Source: Patescibacteria group bacterium (GTDB lineage: Bacteria > Patescibacteriota > Minisyncoccia > Phycocordibacterales > JBBUBG01). From it: a stretch of 64,000 nt of DNA. Below the pieces are notes generated by a model. It made no database searches. It was not told the origin of the DNA and was given only the letters and a program-made list of their open reading frames with translations. The DNA lies in NCBI GenBank assembly GCA_040384765.1, contig JAZKIQ010000004.1, positions 71,424-135,423 of the forward strand, given 5' to 3'. The position numbers were made by a program, and so were the translations under genes. Shown piece by piece: positions 1 through 9,020 of this stretch (positions within the stretch are counted from its first letter, which is position 1; every line of letters begins with the position of its first letter).

Positions 1-807
1 TACACGCTTTTCTGCTGCCTCGCGCATCTCTCGGCGGATATCCTCCTCGGTTTTTCCTGTGGACTCTACATATCCTGGAAAGGTGCCTCCTGCACGCACG
101 ATGTCTGCTTTCATCTGGCTTACCATGCGCTCGAGCTCGGTATCTACGAGTATTGCGGGAAGCTCTGAGGTGCTCTTCTCAAGAATCCCTTCGAGGATTG
201 CCGTGCGCTTCTTGTCGCGGAGCTTGATCTCTTTCTCAAGACTAATGTTTTTTCCAATCTTTTCTTTAAAATCAGCCACACTTTCAAACTTGCCGAGCGT
301 TTTTACAAATTCGTCGGTAAGCTCGGGGGCGGCTTCACCCTCTTTGGTTCGCAGCTTCTTTATCTCTGCAACTACATCCTCGACCTCTTTCTCGGAGGCG
401 AGGGCAGTCTCGGTGTTCGCTGCAAGGCTCTCTTTGGCGATCTTTTTGTAGTCGGGGAGTACCACCTCGGGCATGACGGCTGTCTTGATGGTAAAGAGAA
501 CAGGCGCTCCCTTTTCGAGCTTTGTTATCGATATTTCAGGCCGGCCGAGTGCCTCGATCCCATGCTCTTCGATAATCTCCGGGTACGCCCGCTCGAGGGC
601 TCGGTGAGCCATCTCCTCGAGAAGAGCCCCCTCACCAAATTTTTGAATAAGTACTTTCTCGGGGGCCTCGCCTGGGCGGAATCCATCGATATGTATAGAT
701 GCTGCAATGTGGCGTACTGCCTTTCCGCGCTGTTTTTCAAAAAGCTCGGGGGCGATTTCGCCGGCGATAGTGACTGTTGAGTTCTCTCCTTTAGTGAGCG
801 TGGTCAT
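1..807 (-). CDS. tig: Trigger factor, 3' end runs off the window
   Basis: Manual translation from ATG at 807: MTTLTKGENSTVTIAGEI...IDGFRPGEAPE (ribosome-binding GFRxG motif), ALGRPEISITKL, PELTDEFVK. Missing from the ORF track because it is truncated. Confidence 0.92.
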   Translation of the reverse strand, partial: MTTLTKGENSTVTIAGEIAPELFEKQRGKAVRHIAASIHIDGFRPGEAPEKVLIQKFGEGALLEEMAHRALERAYPEIIEEHGIEALGRPEISITKLEKGAPVLFTIKTAVMPEVVLPDYKKIAKESLAANTETALASEKEVEDVVAEIKKLRTKEGEAAPELTDEFVKTLGKFESVADFKEKIGKNISLEKEIKLRDKKRTAILEGILEKSTSELPAILVDTELERMVSQMKADIVRAGGTFPGYVESTGKTEEDIRREMREAAEKRV

Positions 808-890
808 GATAAAAAAATATAAGAGTCTCCAATTATACAACTAAAAAGGCCTCTTGAAAAGCCCTGCACACTTTTTCTCTAGACCGGCGA

Positions 891-1154
891 CTAGTTCTTC
901 GTACTGCTTGCTGTCTCTTCGAGCGCGTTTAGCTTGGCCTCAATATCAGACAGATCGAGCTCTCCGTAGTCGCTTTTGAGGGTTCCTACATCATCTGTGC
1001 CTGTGGCATGAGGGCGGTCGCTCTCGGCTGAGATAAGAGGGGACGCCGCTTCGCGCTTTTTGATGCTTGCATACGCACCGATTCCAAGGAGCACAATAAG
1101 TGCTCCAACGAGGAAAAGCGGTCGAGATTGAATGAACGATGAGCGAGGACGCAT
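891..1154 (-). CDS. Small single-pass membrane protein, hypothetical
   Basis: N-terminal hydrophobic helix, acidic tail DYGELDLSDIEAKL; co-oriented between nusA and tig. Confidence 0.65.
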   Translation of the reverse strand: MRPRSSFIQSRPLFLVGALIVLLGIGAYASIKKREAASPLISAESDRPHATGTDDVGTLKSDYGELDLSDIEAKLNALEETASSTKN

Positions 1155-1166
1155 GCTGCGATGCGA

Positions 1167-1709
1167 TTAGCGGCTCTCTTCGGAAGAGGTGTTGGGGTTC
1201 CTTTCGAGATCGGCTGCCAGCTCAAGTGCGTCGATGGTTGCGCCGATCTTTTTATGAGTGAGAAGTACTGCATCCTGAGCATCTTTGATCGAGAGGCGAG
1301 CTTCTGTGAGCGCTTCTTTGAGGTTTCCAAAACCAAGCACTTCAGTGACATTCTCTTCGATGCTCTCAATTGCTGTTTTTGCACCTTCGAGTGCAGCCTT
1401 TGCTTCGATGAGTGACTGCTTTGCGTCCTCAACATTGCGGCGCTCCTCTTCAAATTTGCGTACGCGAGAATCGATGCGAACAAGAAGGTCCTCCTGCTTC
1501 TGGGATAGTACCGAAAGGCGATCTGCGGCTTCTCGGGCATACTGGACTGTTTTTTCTTTTTGAAACTCCGAAAGCCTGCTCTTTTGGAGCACTTTTGGGG
1601 TTGTAGATGTAGCTTTCTCTACTGGCGTGTGTACTGCGTAGACTGCTCCGCTTGGGACCGCCGAGAGGAGAGAGAGAAGGGCGGCTGCGGCAAAAAACGT
1701 TGATTTCAT
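1167..1709 (-). CDS. Secreted coiled-coil protein, hypothetical
   Basis: Signal peptide MKSTFFAAAALLSLLSA followed by a helical E/K/A-rich body. Confidence 0.75.
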   Translation of the reverse strand: MKSTFFAAAALLSLLSAVPSGAVYAVHTPVEKATSTTPKVLQKSRLSEFQKEKTVQYAREAADRLSVLSQKQEDLLVRIDSRVRKFEEERRNVEDAKQSLIEAKAALEGAKTAIESIEENVTEVLGFGNLKEALTEARLSIKDAQDAVLLTHKKIGATIDALELAADLERNPNTSSEESR

Positions 1710-1748
1710 GGGGTAACGAGGGTGCTGCCCTCGAGGTAGATAATACCC

Positions 1749-2966
1749 TTAGGATGCTGCTTCGTCAATTGAAGCGGTGCCCTCTTCGGGGATTTCTTTT
1801 TCGGGGGTAGCTTCAGGTTTTGGTGCGGCGGTTGAGCGGATGTCGATCTTCCAGCCAGTGAGGCGGGCGGCAAGGCGCACGTTCTGGCCACCTTTGCCGA
1901 TGGCGAGAGAAAACTGGTCCTCATCTACGAATACGGTTGCCTCTTTCGACTCGGATCGGAGCTCTATGCGGCTGATCTTGGCAGGGGAAAGGGCTGAGGA
2001 GATATACTCGTCGGCTTTGAGAGAGAATTCGATCACATCGATCTTCTCGCCTCCAAGCTCGCTGATCACCGTCGACACGCGTACGCCGCGCTGACCTACG
2101 CATGAGCCGACAGGGTCGATGTTGGGGTCTTTAGAAGCGACAGCGATCTTGGTGCGGCTGCCTGGCTCGCGAGCAATGCTCTCGATCGTGACCGTACCCT
2201 CTGCAATCTCGGGTGTCTCTACTTCAAAAAGCTTTGCGACAAACTGGGGATGGGAGCGTGACATGCGCACGTTTACGCCGCGAGGAGTGTCCTCAACCGA
2301 GAAGAGGTATGCTCGAATGCGCTCGCCTTGGCCGAAATGCTCGCCAGGGATCTGCTCTTCGCGAGGAAGAATACCGGTCGTGCGTCCGAGGTCCACAAAA
2401 AGAGTCCCGCGCTCGACGCGTTGTACCTTTCCTGAAACGATCTCTCCCTGGCGCTTGCCGTACTCACCGATCACGGCGCCTCGCTCTGCTTCGCGGATGC
2501 GCTGAATGATCACCTGTTTTGCGGTCTGAGCTGCAATGCGACCAAAGTCATCCTTCACCTCAAGCGGGAAGATGAGCTCGTCGCCAACCTTTGCACCTTT
2601 GCGAATCTTTTGAGCGTCCGCGAGCATGATGTGGTGCTCTTCATTGAAATATACCTTCTCTGGCACGAGCGATGCTGCGCCTTCAACATGATCCGCTGCG
2701 GCAGCTGGCGCATCATCTCCTTCGGCGCCCTCCTCGAGTGGGTCTTTGAGCATTGACTCGTCGACGACGATCTTTACCTGGTCAAACTCAACTGTGCCGA
2801 TGTTGGCATCGAGCTTTGCACGGATGATCTGGCCTTTCTTGCCGTAGTCTTTTTTGTAGGCAGTAGCAAGAGCCATCTCGACGGCTTCGAGAACTTTTTC
2901 TTTTGGAATACCGCGCTCCTCTTCGAGCTGAGCGAGAGCGGAATGCATTGTTTTGAGGTCGAACAT
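1749..2966 (-). CDS. nusA: Transcription termination/antitermination factor NusA
   Basis: FGRIAAQTAKQVIIQRIREAER, S1 domain, AREPGSRTKIAV, DPVGSCVGQRG, SLAIGKGGQNVRLAARLTGWKIDI. Confidence 0.98.
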   Translation of the reverse strand: MFDLKTMHSALAQLEEERGIPKEKVLEAVEMALATAYKKDYGKKGQIIRAKLDANIGTVEFDQVKIVVDESMLKDPLEEGAEGDDAPAAAADHVEGAASLVPEKVYFNEEHHIMLADAQKIRKGAKVGDELIFPLEVKDDFGRIAAQTAKQVIIQRIREAERGAVIGEYGKRQGEIVSGKVQRVERGTLFVDLGRTTGILPREEQIPGEHFGQGERIRAYLFSVEDTPRGVNVRMSRSHPQFVAKLFEVETPEIAEGTVTIESIAREPGSRTKIAVASKDPNIDPVGSCVGQRGVRVSTVISELGGEKIDVIEFSLKADEYISSALSPAKISRIELRSESKEATVFVDEDQFSLAIGKGGQNVRLAARLTGWKIDIRSTAAPKPEATPEKEIPEEGTASIDEAAS

Positions 2967-3078
2967 GTTAGATAGGGATTAGTACAGAAGGGACAAGGGA
3001 CCAGGTGGTCCAATACCTCTTCTTAAAAAAAGAAAGTCCTGGCTTGCGCCGGACGTCCTTTTTGGATAATAGCATCAC

Positions 3079-4074
3079 TTAGTACCCCCAGTCAAATGAG
3101 TCCCAGTCGGAGCTGACGTACTCGCTTCCGTACGAAGGAGGGAGGTTCCAGCTGTCGTCCGAGGACCAGATATCCCCAGAAATGAGGCTTCCCGTGAGGG
3201 GAAGATCGTTTGCGGAGTTTGAGTACAGGTAGTCGTAGCGGGCAGAGGAGATTGCGTTGAGTGTTTCTGGGTAGTACCCGTGGTCGTTGTCTGACATGTA
3301 GCCAAAGATATCTTCATCATCAGAGAAGAGGGTGCTTGGCGTGCTCGCTGGTACGTAGCCACTCGAGTATGAAGTAGGGGAAGCGGAGTAAAACGGAGTC
3401 GAGGCATCATACGTGCGACCGTAGTTTTCGAGCTCTGCTACATAGCCTGAAGTAAGCGGTGCGCCTGGGTAGTACTCGCGTGCCGGGGCAAGGCGTGATG
3501 GCGAGATATATGAAGAGCCGTTTACACAGTAGCCACAGCTGTTGCCAAGGTTGCCGAGCGATACGGAAGCGCTCCAGACTGTTGGGTATGGGCCCGAAAG
3601 GGGAACGATATAGTAGTCAGGGGTGTAGGTGTTGTAGGAGGTAAAGCCAGAGCGCGTCGCAAAGGCAGACTGATTGTATGAGGGTGCGCCAAAAAGAGAT
3701 GCCGACCCTGGTGCAGGAGGCGGATTTGAGCCAGGTGCTGGTGGCGGGTTTGATCCTGGTGCGAATGAAGCAATAGGAAGGATGTTTGCCGTCCGGGGGA
3801 GAGGCGCCACTACGTTTGTATTTATATGTGTAGTACCACCACCAATAAAGGCTGGTCCGTTATTAATAGGAGCAATGGGTACTGGTGTAGCCACGGGAGC
3901 GGCAGCAAAAGGGAGCGGCTTTGTGGCAAGCGCGGTGGTGTTTGTAGACGATGGGTAGTAGGGGTTGCCGGTATAAAAGGCGGCATCGGTGACTACCTGG
4001 GCATGAGCAAAGACAGGGGAGGCAAGAAGTGCACCCCCGACAACCGCTTTTGCAATATATTTGGTGAGTTCCAT
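3079..4074 (-). CDS. Secreted low-complexity Pro/Ser/Tyr-rich protein
   Basis: Signal peptide ending AHA; APGSNPPP tandem repeat; acidic Tyr-rich C-terminus. Confidence 0.7.
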   Translation of the reverse strand: MELTKYIAKAVVGGALLASPVFAHAQVVTDAAFYTGNPYYPSSTNTTALATKPLPFAAAPVATPVPIAPINNGPAFIGGGTTHINTNVVAPLPRTANILPIASFAPGSNPPPAPGSNPPPAPGSASLFGAPSYNQSAFATRSGFTSYNTYTPDYYIVPLSGPYPTVWSASVSLGNLGNSCGYCVNGSSYISPSRLAPAREYYPGAPLTSGYVAELENYGRTYDASTPFYSASPTSYSSGYVPASTPSTLFSDDEDIFGYMSDNDHGYYPETLNAISSARYDYLYSNSANDLPLTGSLISGDIWSSDDSWNLPPSYGSEYVSSDWDSFDWGY

Positions 4075-4134
4075 GGCTTTAAATATGGCTTTTTCTGTAG
4101 GGTTAATTATACACTAAAATAGGAAAAAGTCAAG

Positions 4135-4243
4135 CCTCTTCTGGATGTGTCTTTTTGGAACACGGATATTTTTCTGGTGAAAAATTCCTCGAGCTCGCTT
4201 CGGCCAAGCTCGCTAGTTTCCAAAAAGACACATCCAGAAGAGG
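4135..4243 (-). repeat. Dispersed structured element, family A copy 1
   Basis: 26-bp perfect inverted arms (4135-4160 / 4218-4243) around core ACGGATA...TTCCTCGAG...CTAGT, shared with copies at 17982, 24831 and 59700. Confidence 0.9.
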
Positions 4244-4321
4244 TCTTGAGAAGGGGAGGCGGACACTCATGTGGATAAGCACACACGAAGTGAAGAGATG
4301 GTGCTGTATGATAAAGGCATT

Positions 4322-5425
4322 ATGAGACAATCGCACACTCGTCAGTTTGTTCTTGCTGTTCTGCTTGCTGCGGTTGCGTTCTTTTTGCTCGCGCGGGGGG
4401 AGAGCCCTGCTTCAGATTCAAATATAGGTATCGTGCCCGAGATCGGGGTGCGGCTTGTGCATGCTGGCCCCGACCTTACCGGTGCGCTTTCTGGTGCTGC
4501 CTGGTCGAGCACTATCGGCTGGGTAAGCTTCAACAGTGCCAACTCGTGGACGGGAAGTAGTGTGCCATACGTTGTGCGCTCCGATGCCGATGGGTACCTC
4601 TCGGGGCATGCGTGGAATCCAAATATTGGCTGGCTCTCATTCAACCGCGCAGATACAGGTACTCCTCCGCAGGCGGATATCAGTACGGGAGGGGTGGGTG
4701 CGATTGCACGGCTTTCAGGCAACAGACTCATAGGGTGGGCTCGCTTTCTTTCTGCGTGCACCAAAAATGCGCAAGGGAGGTGCACGGGGACAAACCCCGA
4801 AGCAGGTGGCTGGGATGGCTGGGTCTCACTGAGCGATTTTAGCGGCGCTGCAAGCTATGGCGTTGGCTTCGACGGCACGATTCTCGGTGGTGGTGCCTAT
4901 GCCACAAGCGTTGCTTGGGGGAGTACCAACGTTGGCTGGCTCTCATTTAGCAAGGCTGCCGTTGGCTACGATGCTGTGAGCTTGGTGCCTGCAAACCAGG
5001 CTCCGCCCGAGGGCCTCGCGGCTCCAACAGGTCTCGTGCTTGCACCACCACGCCTCTCATTTCTCACCGATCGCCCGGAGACGAGCACCTTCGGTACACT
5101 CCACGTAGATATGAATCCACCGGTAACGATGACCCTTTCATATGGCGGTGTGCAGGCTCCTGCTGGGGTGACAGTGACTCAGACGATTACGCCGATCTTT
5201 AGCCAAAACCCCGTTACTGCATCCTCCAACGTCCGCATACGCTTCCGGGTGTGTGCCGCACTTCCGGCAGGGTGCAATGCAGCGAAAGGCCATGCCCTTC
5301 CCAAGAGTGGGCAGTATCTCGTGACGATCAATGGCACCTATAATGATGGTACCGGCCCTGTGACAGTACCATTTGTGGTGCCGGTCCAGGTGAATTCGCT
5401 CGTGAACAAGGTGAAAGAAAAATAG
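4322..5425 (+). CDS. Secreted/surface protein with GxAW-x3-IGWxSF repeats
   Basis: N-terminal TM/signal; three repeats AWSSTIGWVSFN, AWNPNIGWLSFN, AWGSTNVGWLSFS and GGWDGWVSL, a pattern I recognise from Parcubacteria surface proteins. Start ATG 4322 chosen over the upstream GTG. Confidence 0.8.
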   Translation: MRQSHTRQFVLAVLLAAVAFFLLARGESPASDSNIGIVPEIGVRLVHAGPDLTGALSGAAWSSTIGWVSFNSANSWTGSSVPYVVRSDADGYLSGHAWNPNIGWLSFNRADTGTPPQADISTGGVGAIARLSGNRLIGWARFLSACTKNAQGRCTGTNPEAGGWDGWVSLSDFSGAASYGVGFDGTILGGGAYATSVAWGSTNVGWLSFSKAAVGYDAVSLVPANQAPPEGLAAPTGLVLAPPRLSFLTDRPETSTFGTLHVDMNPPVTMTLSYGGVQAPAGVTVTQTITPIFSQNPVTASSNVRIRFRVCAALPAGCNAAKGHALPKSGQYLVTINGTYNDGTGPVTVPFVVPVQVNSLVNKVKEK

Positions 5426-5512
5426 GGAAGGGTACCCTGGCGCTTGCCTTGTACTTATCAACACCATCCCCGAAGCATGTCGCGTATACTAAACACACAG
5501 TAACTTTCCATT

Positions 5513-6622
5513 ATGAATATCAGTCAAGAATCACAAGGAGTATCTCTCGGAGCAAAGCTGCTCGGTGTGCTGATGGTGCTCGTTGTCGGTTTTGGTATCG
5601 CGCGCGCCGACTGGACAGCACCTGGCTCGACTCCACCGGGATGCACCGCTGGCACGGGGCCATGTGAGGCACCGATCAACGTAAGTAGTACCAACCAAAC
5701 AAAAAGTGGCGGCCTTACGGTGAACGGAAATTTCATTCCACCGCGCCTTGCGACAGCCTCTCTCCCGACGTGCAATACTGCAAACAGGGGCTCAACTGTT
5801 TTTGATACGACGGCAGGTAAGCTGAAAAATTGTGACGGTACTGTGTGGAAAGTGCTTGCCTCAGACGACCAGATTATCCCTCCCGTCCCATTTCCTTCTG
5901 GTGCAGTTATGTCGTTTGATATAGCAAATACGGGATCACCGAATGATTGCCCTGCGGGTTGGACGGAGTTTACTGCCGCTGAAGGCCGATCTGTGGTGGG
6001 GCTTCAGTACGCTGGAACGCTCCGTGGTACAGCAGGCACACCTCTGACAGATAGACAGGATAGACCTACTGGCTCGCATACCCACTACCAAGCTGTTCAG
6101 GATCACCCTATTTATGGGTATGGGCATACGCATCCTGTTGCTGCAAGCTTTAGCGGTAGCGGTACCGGTAGCACTGAATTGCCTAGACATCGGCATTGGC
6201 TGGGTACTAATCAATACGGTGGTGACGTCGGCGCCACAAGCCAATTTCATTTTGGAGGGAATGCTAATCAGCAGGGGTATACCTATGTAGGGTTCCAGGG
6301 GAGCGGTACGAATCTCGCCCCCTGGAGCGGCTACCAGGTTGGGTACGAGGGTGGCGTCAACGATTACTACTACGGCCAAAACCCATACGTAACCATAACG
6401 GTACCGATATCAGGTTCAGTCTCGGGAACCGCAAGTAAAGCGCATGAAAATATTCAGGTGTACAATCCTATCCAGGGTGGCTGGACCTATACATACGATG
6501 GTGCTCAGTACGCCCATCTCTACGAAGGGGGTTACGACACCAATGCTCCTACTCAGGCGGGTGCAAATATTGCGGGTACGAATGCTCCCTACATCCAGTT
6601 GTTGATGTGTAAAAAGAGTTAA
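5513..6622 (+). CDS. Secreted tail-fibre/tail-collar-like protein
   Basis: Signal anchor; WTAP..PP..APINVSSTNQTK N-terminus; collar-like PSGAVMSF..CPAGW..GR..VG; HxH motifs (HTH, HTH, HRH); C-terminal PYIQLLMCKK. Confidence 0.75.
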   Translation: MNISQESQGVSLGAKLLGVLMVLVVGFGIARADWTAPGSTPPGCTAGTGPCEAPINVSSTNQTKSGGLTVNGNFIPPRLATASLPTCNTANRGSTVFDTTAGKLKNCDGTVWKVLASDDQIIPPVPFPSGAVMSFDIANTGSPNDCPAGWTEFTAAEGRSVVGLQYAGTLRGTAGTPLTDRQDRPTGSHTHYQAVQDHPIYGYGHTHPVAASFSGSGTGSTELPRHRHWLGTNQYGGDVGATSQFHFGGNANQQGYTYVGFQGSGTNLAPWSGYQVGYEGGVNDYYYGQNPYVTITVPISGSVSGTASKAHENIQVYNPIQGGWTYTYDGAQYAHLYEGGYDTNAPTQAGANIAGTNAPYIQLLMCKKS

Positions 6623-6638
6623 TTATCTTCTTAAGTCT

Positions 6639-7106
6639 ATGCCTGAAAACGAAAAGTATCCTATCAGCGTCCTCCTTGCTGCTGTCTGCTTGCTTCTGCT
6701 TGGCTACCAGAATGTACAGCTTGCCTCGATCAGGAGTCTGCTTTCCCCGGGAGGTGCAGTTTCGTCTGAAATAAATCCACCCATACTGGACCCTTTGGAT
6801 GTTTCTAAGCAAGCAAAAGCAGGCACTCCTCTTCTTGGCACCGTGGTGTCAATTAAGGGTGACGAGATCGTGGCTACTGCTCAGTATCAGCAAAATGGTG
6901 AAAGTAAAACGAAGAAGGTGACACTTGTTCTTTCTTCGGATAGTGTGCTTGGACCGGGAGGTAGAAGCGCGCTCAAGGCTGGCGCTACTTTTTCAGCTCT
7001 TACCAAAGAGTCGGTTCTCGAGTCGGACCGCCTTACTGTTATCGGGCTGGGAATCATCCCTCCTTCGCCGCTTCCACCCCCACTTCCGCCTGAAATTGCT
7101 CAATAG
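6639..7106 (+). CDS. Membrane-anchored hypothetical protein
   Basis: N-terminal TM, beta-rich middle, Pro-rich tail. Confidence 0.7.
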   Translation: MPENEKYPISVLLAAVCLLLLGYQNVQLASIRSLLSPGGAVSSEINPPILDPLDVSKQAKAGTPLLGTVVSIKGDEIVATAQYQQNGESKTKKVTLVLSSDSVLGPGGRSALKAGATFSALTKESVLESDRLTVIGLGIIPPSPLPPPLPPEIAQ

Positions 7107-7118
7107 ATTTTAATCCCC

Positions 7119-7146
7119 AAGGCGCCGCGCAAGCGGCGCCTTTTTT
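7119..7146 (+). terminator. Intrinsic terminator
   Basis: aaggcgccgc-gcaa-gcggcgcctt followed by a T tract. Confidence 0.85.
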
Positions 7147-7164
7147 GTTTGCTACAATAGGAGT

Positions 7165-8925
7165 GTGCAGATTGATCCTCTTAAATTTAAGGAGTTTGTT
7201 ATTGACTCGGGGCTTATCTCCCGCGCGGATGTTGAAGCGGCGGAGGTGCTTTCCAAAAAAGAGCGCACAGGTCTTGGCGACCAGCTCGTGCTTTCTGGAA
7301 AGATCTCTGAGGCTGATGTGCGCCGCATGGAGGCGTACCTCCTCGGGATACCGTTTGTTGAGCTCAAAGATCAGAAGATCGATTTTGAAGTGCTCTCGCT
7401 CATCCCTGAGCCCATTGCGCGCAAGCACAACGTCGTGGCATTTCGCCGCACGCCAAAATCGGTAGAGGTGGCGATGCTCGACCCGCAGGACCTCGAGTCG
7501 ATCGACTTTATCAAAAAGAAGCTCTCGCTTCGCATTGAGCCGCGCCTGACCGATCGCGACTCGATCAAGAGTGCGTTGCTTTCATATCAGAAGAGTCTCA
7601 AGGCAGAGTTTGGTGACCTGATTCAAAAAGAGTCGAGTGGCATAAAGAGTGTCGCGGAAGGGGATGATGTGGTGGTGGAGGAGAAAGATCTCGAAGCGCT
7701 TGCCAAGGATGTGCCGGTCGTGCGCATTGTGGACACGCTCATCAACCACGCCATTTTGCAGCGCGCCTCGGATATTCATATAGAGCCTGGGCAAAATGAG
7801 CTCGTGATACGCTACCGCATCGACGGCATCCTTCACGATGCGATGGTGCTTCCGAAAAATACCTCGTCTGGCATCGTGGCGCGCATCAAGGTGCTCTCGA
7901 ACCTTCGCCTCGACGAGAAGCGCTTGCCGCAAGATGGTCGATTTCGGGTAGAGGAGGGCGGCGATGTGCCGGCGCGCGTGTCGTTTCGTGTTTCAACGTT
8001 GCCTACTTTCTACGGCGAAAAGGTGGTGCTGCGTCTCCTCCGAGAAAATGCAAAAGGGTTCTCTCTCGAAGTGCTCGGCTTCCATGGCGAGTCGCTTGAA
8101 AAGATTCATGAGGCGTCTCATGCCACGACCGGCATCATGCTCACCACCGGCCCTACCGGCTCGGGAAAATCGACAACCCTCTACACGCTGCTCGATCTTT
8201 TGAATACGCCGGATGTAAATATCTCGACCGTGGAGGACCCTATTGAGTATCAGATGCCGCGGGTAAACCAGACACAGGTAAAGCCGGAGATTGGCCTCAC
8301 TTTTGCAAATGGTCTCCGTGCACTGCTTCGCCAAGACCCGAACATTATTATGGTGGGGGAGATCCGCGATGGGGAGACGGCGGCGCTTGCCGTGAACGCT
8401 GCCCTTACGGGGCACCTCGTGCTTTCGACGCTTCACACAAACTCTGCTGCAGGTGCGATCCCACGCTTGATCGAGATGGGCTCAGAGCCTTTTCTTATCG
8501 TATCTACGGTAAACCTGATCATTGCTCAGCGCCTTGTTCGTCGCCTTGGCCCGGGTGCAAAGAAAGCACTTCTCACTAAAACTGAGCTCGAAAATCTGGC
8601 GCGCCACGCAGACCTCGACCGTGTATTGAAAGCACTTCATGCTGAAAAGAAGGTGCGAGCTGATGACACCTGGAGCACGATTCCGTTTTGGAAGCCGGAG
8701 CCTTCGACAGATGCACCGGACGGCTATCTCGGCCGACTGACGATTGGTGAGGTGTTCAAGATGTCCTCTGCAATCAAAGAGCTCATCATGAAGTCTGGCA
8801 CGGCCGATACTATCCACGAGCAGGCCCGCAAAGAGGGGATGCTTACTATGTTTGAGGATGGGGTGTTCCAGGCAGCCTCGGGTGTCACCTCGCTCGAAGA
8901 GGTGTTTAGAGTTGTGGGGGAATAA
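7165..8925 (+). CDS. pilB: Type IV pilus assembly ATPase (PilB/GspE family)
   Basis: ASDIHIEP, RLPQDGR, Walker A GPTGSGKST, EDPIEY, LRQDPNIIMVGEIRD, TGHLVLSTLHTN. Confidence 0.95.
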   Translation: MQIDPLKFKEFVIDSGLISRADVEAAEVLSKKERTGLGDQLVLSGKISEADVRRMEAYLLGIPFVELKDQKIDFEVLSLIPEPIARKHNVVAFRRTPKSVEVAMLDPQDLESIDFIKKKLSLRIEPRLTDRDSIKSALLSYQKSLKAEFGDLIQKESSGIKSVAEGDDVVVEEKDLEALAKDVPVVRIVDTLINHAILQRASDIHIEPGQNELVIRYRIDGILHDAMVLPKNTSSGIVARIKVLSNLRLDEKRLPQDGRFRVEEGGDVPARVSFRVSTLPTFYGEKVVLRLLRENAKGFSLEVLGFHGESLEKIHEASHATTGIMLTTGPTGSGKSTTLYTLLDLLNTPDVNISTVEDPIEYQMPRVNQTQVKPEIGLTFANGLRALLRQDPNIIMVGEIRDGETAALAVNAALTGHLVLSTLHTNSAAGAIPRLIEMGSEPFLIVSTVNLIIAQRLVRRLGPGAKKALLTKTELENLARHADLDRVLKALHAEKKVRADDTWSTIPFWKPEPSTDAPDGYLGRLTIGEVFKMSSAIKELIMKSGTADTIHEQARKEGMLTMFEDGVFQAASGVTSLEEVFRVVGE

Positions 8926-8930
8926 CTGTT

Positions 8931-9020
8931 CATGAAGCATAAAACATGAATCACGAATCATTCTTCAAAAAATCCCCTCAGCATGTTCGGCATGTTTTAT
9001 GTTTTATGTTTCATGTTCTA
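8931..9020. repeat. Inverted heptamer repeat arrays
   Basis: catgaag-cataaaa-catgaat-cacgaat facing catgttt-tatgttt-tatgttt-catgttc. Confidence 0.7.

Noticed and set aside
4135-4243. Family A as a hammerhead ribozyme
   Set aside because: It is a three-way junction, but the CUGANGA and GAAA core sequences are absent on both strands.
5513-6622. Prophage around the tail-fibre-like gene
   Set aside because: No integrase, terminase, capsid or other phage genes, and the protein has an export signal.
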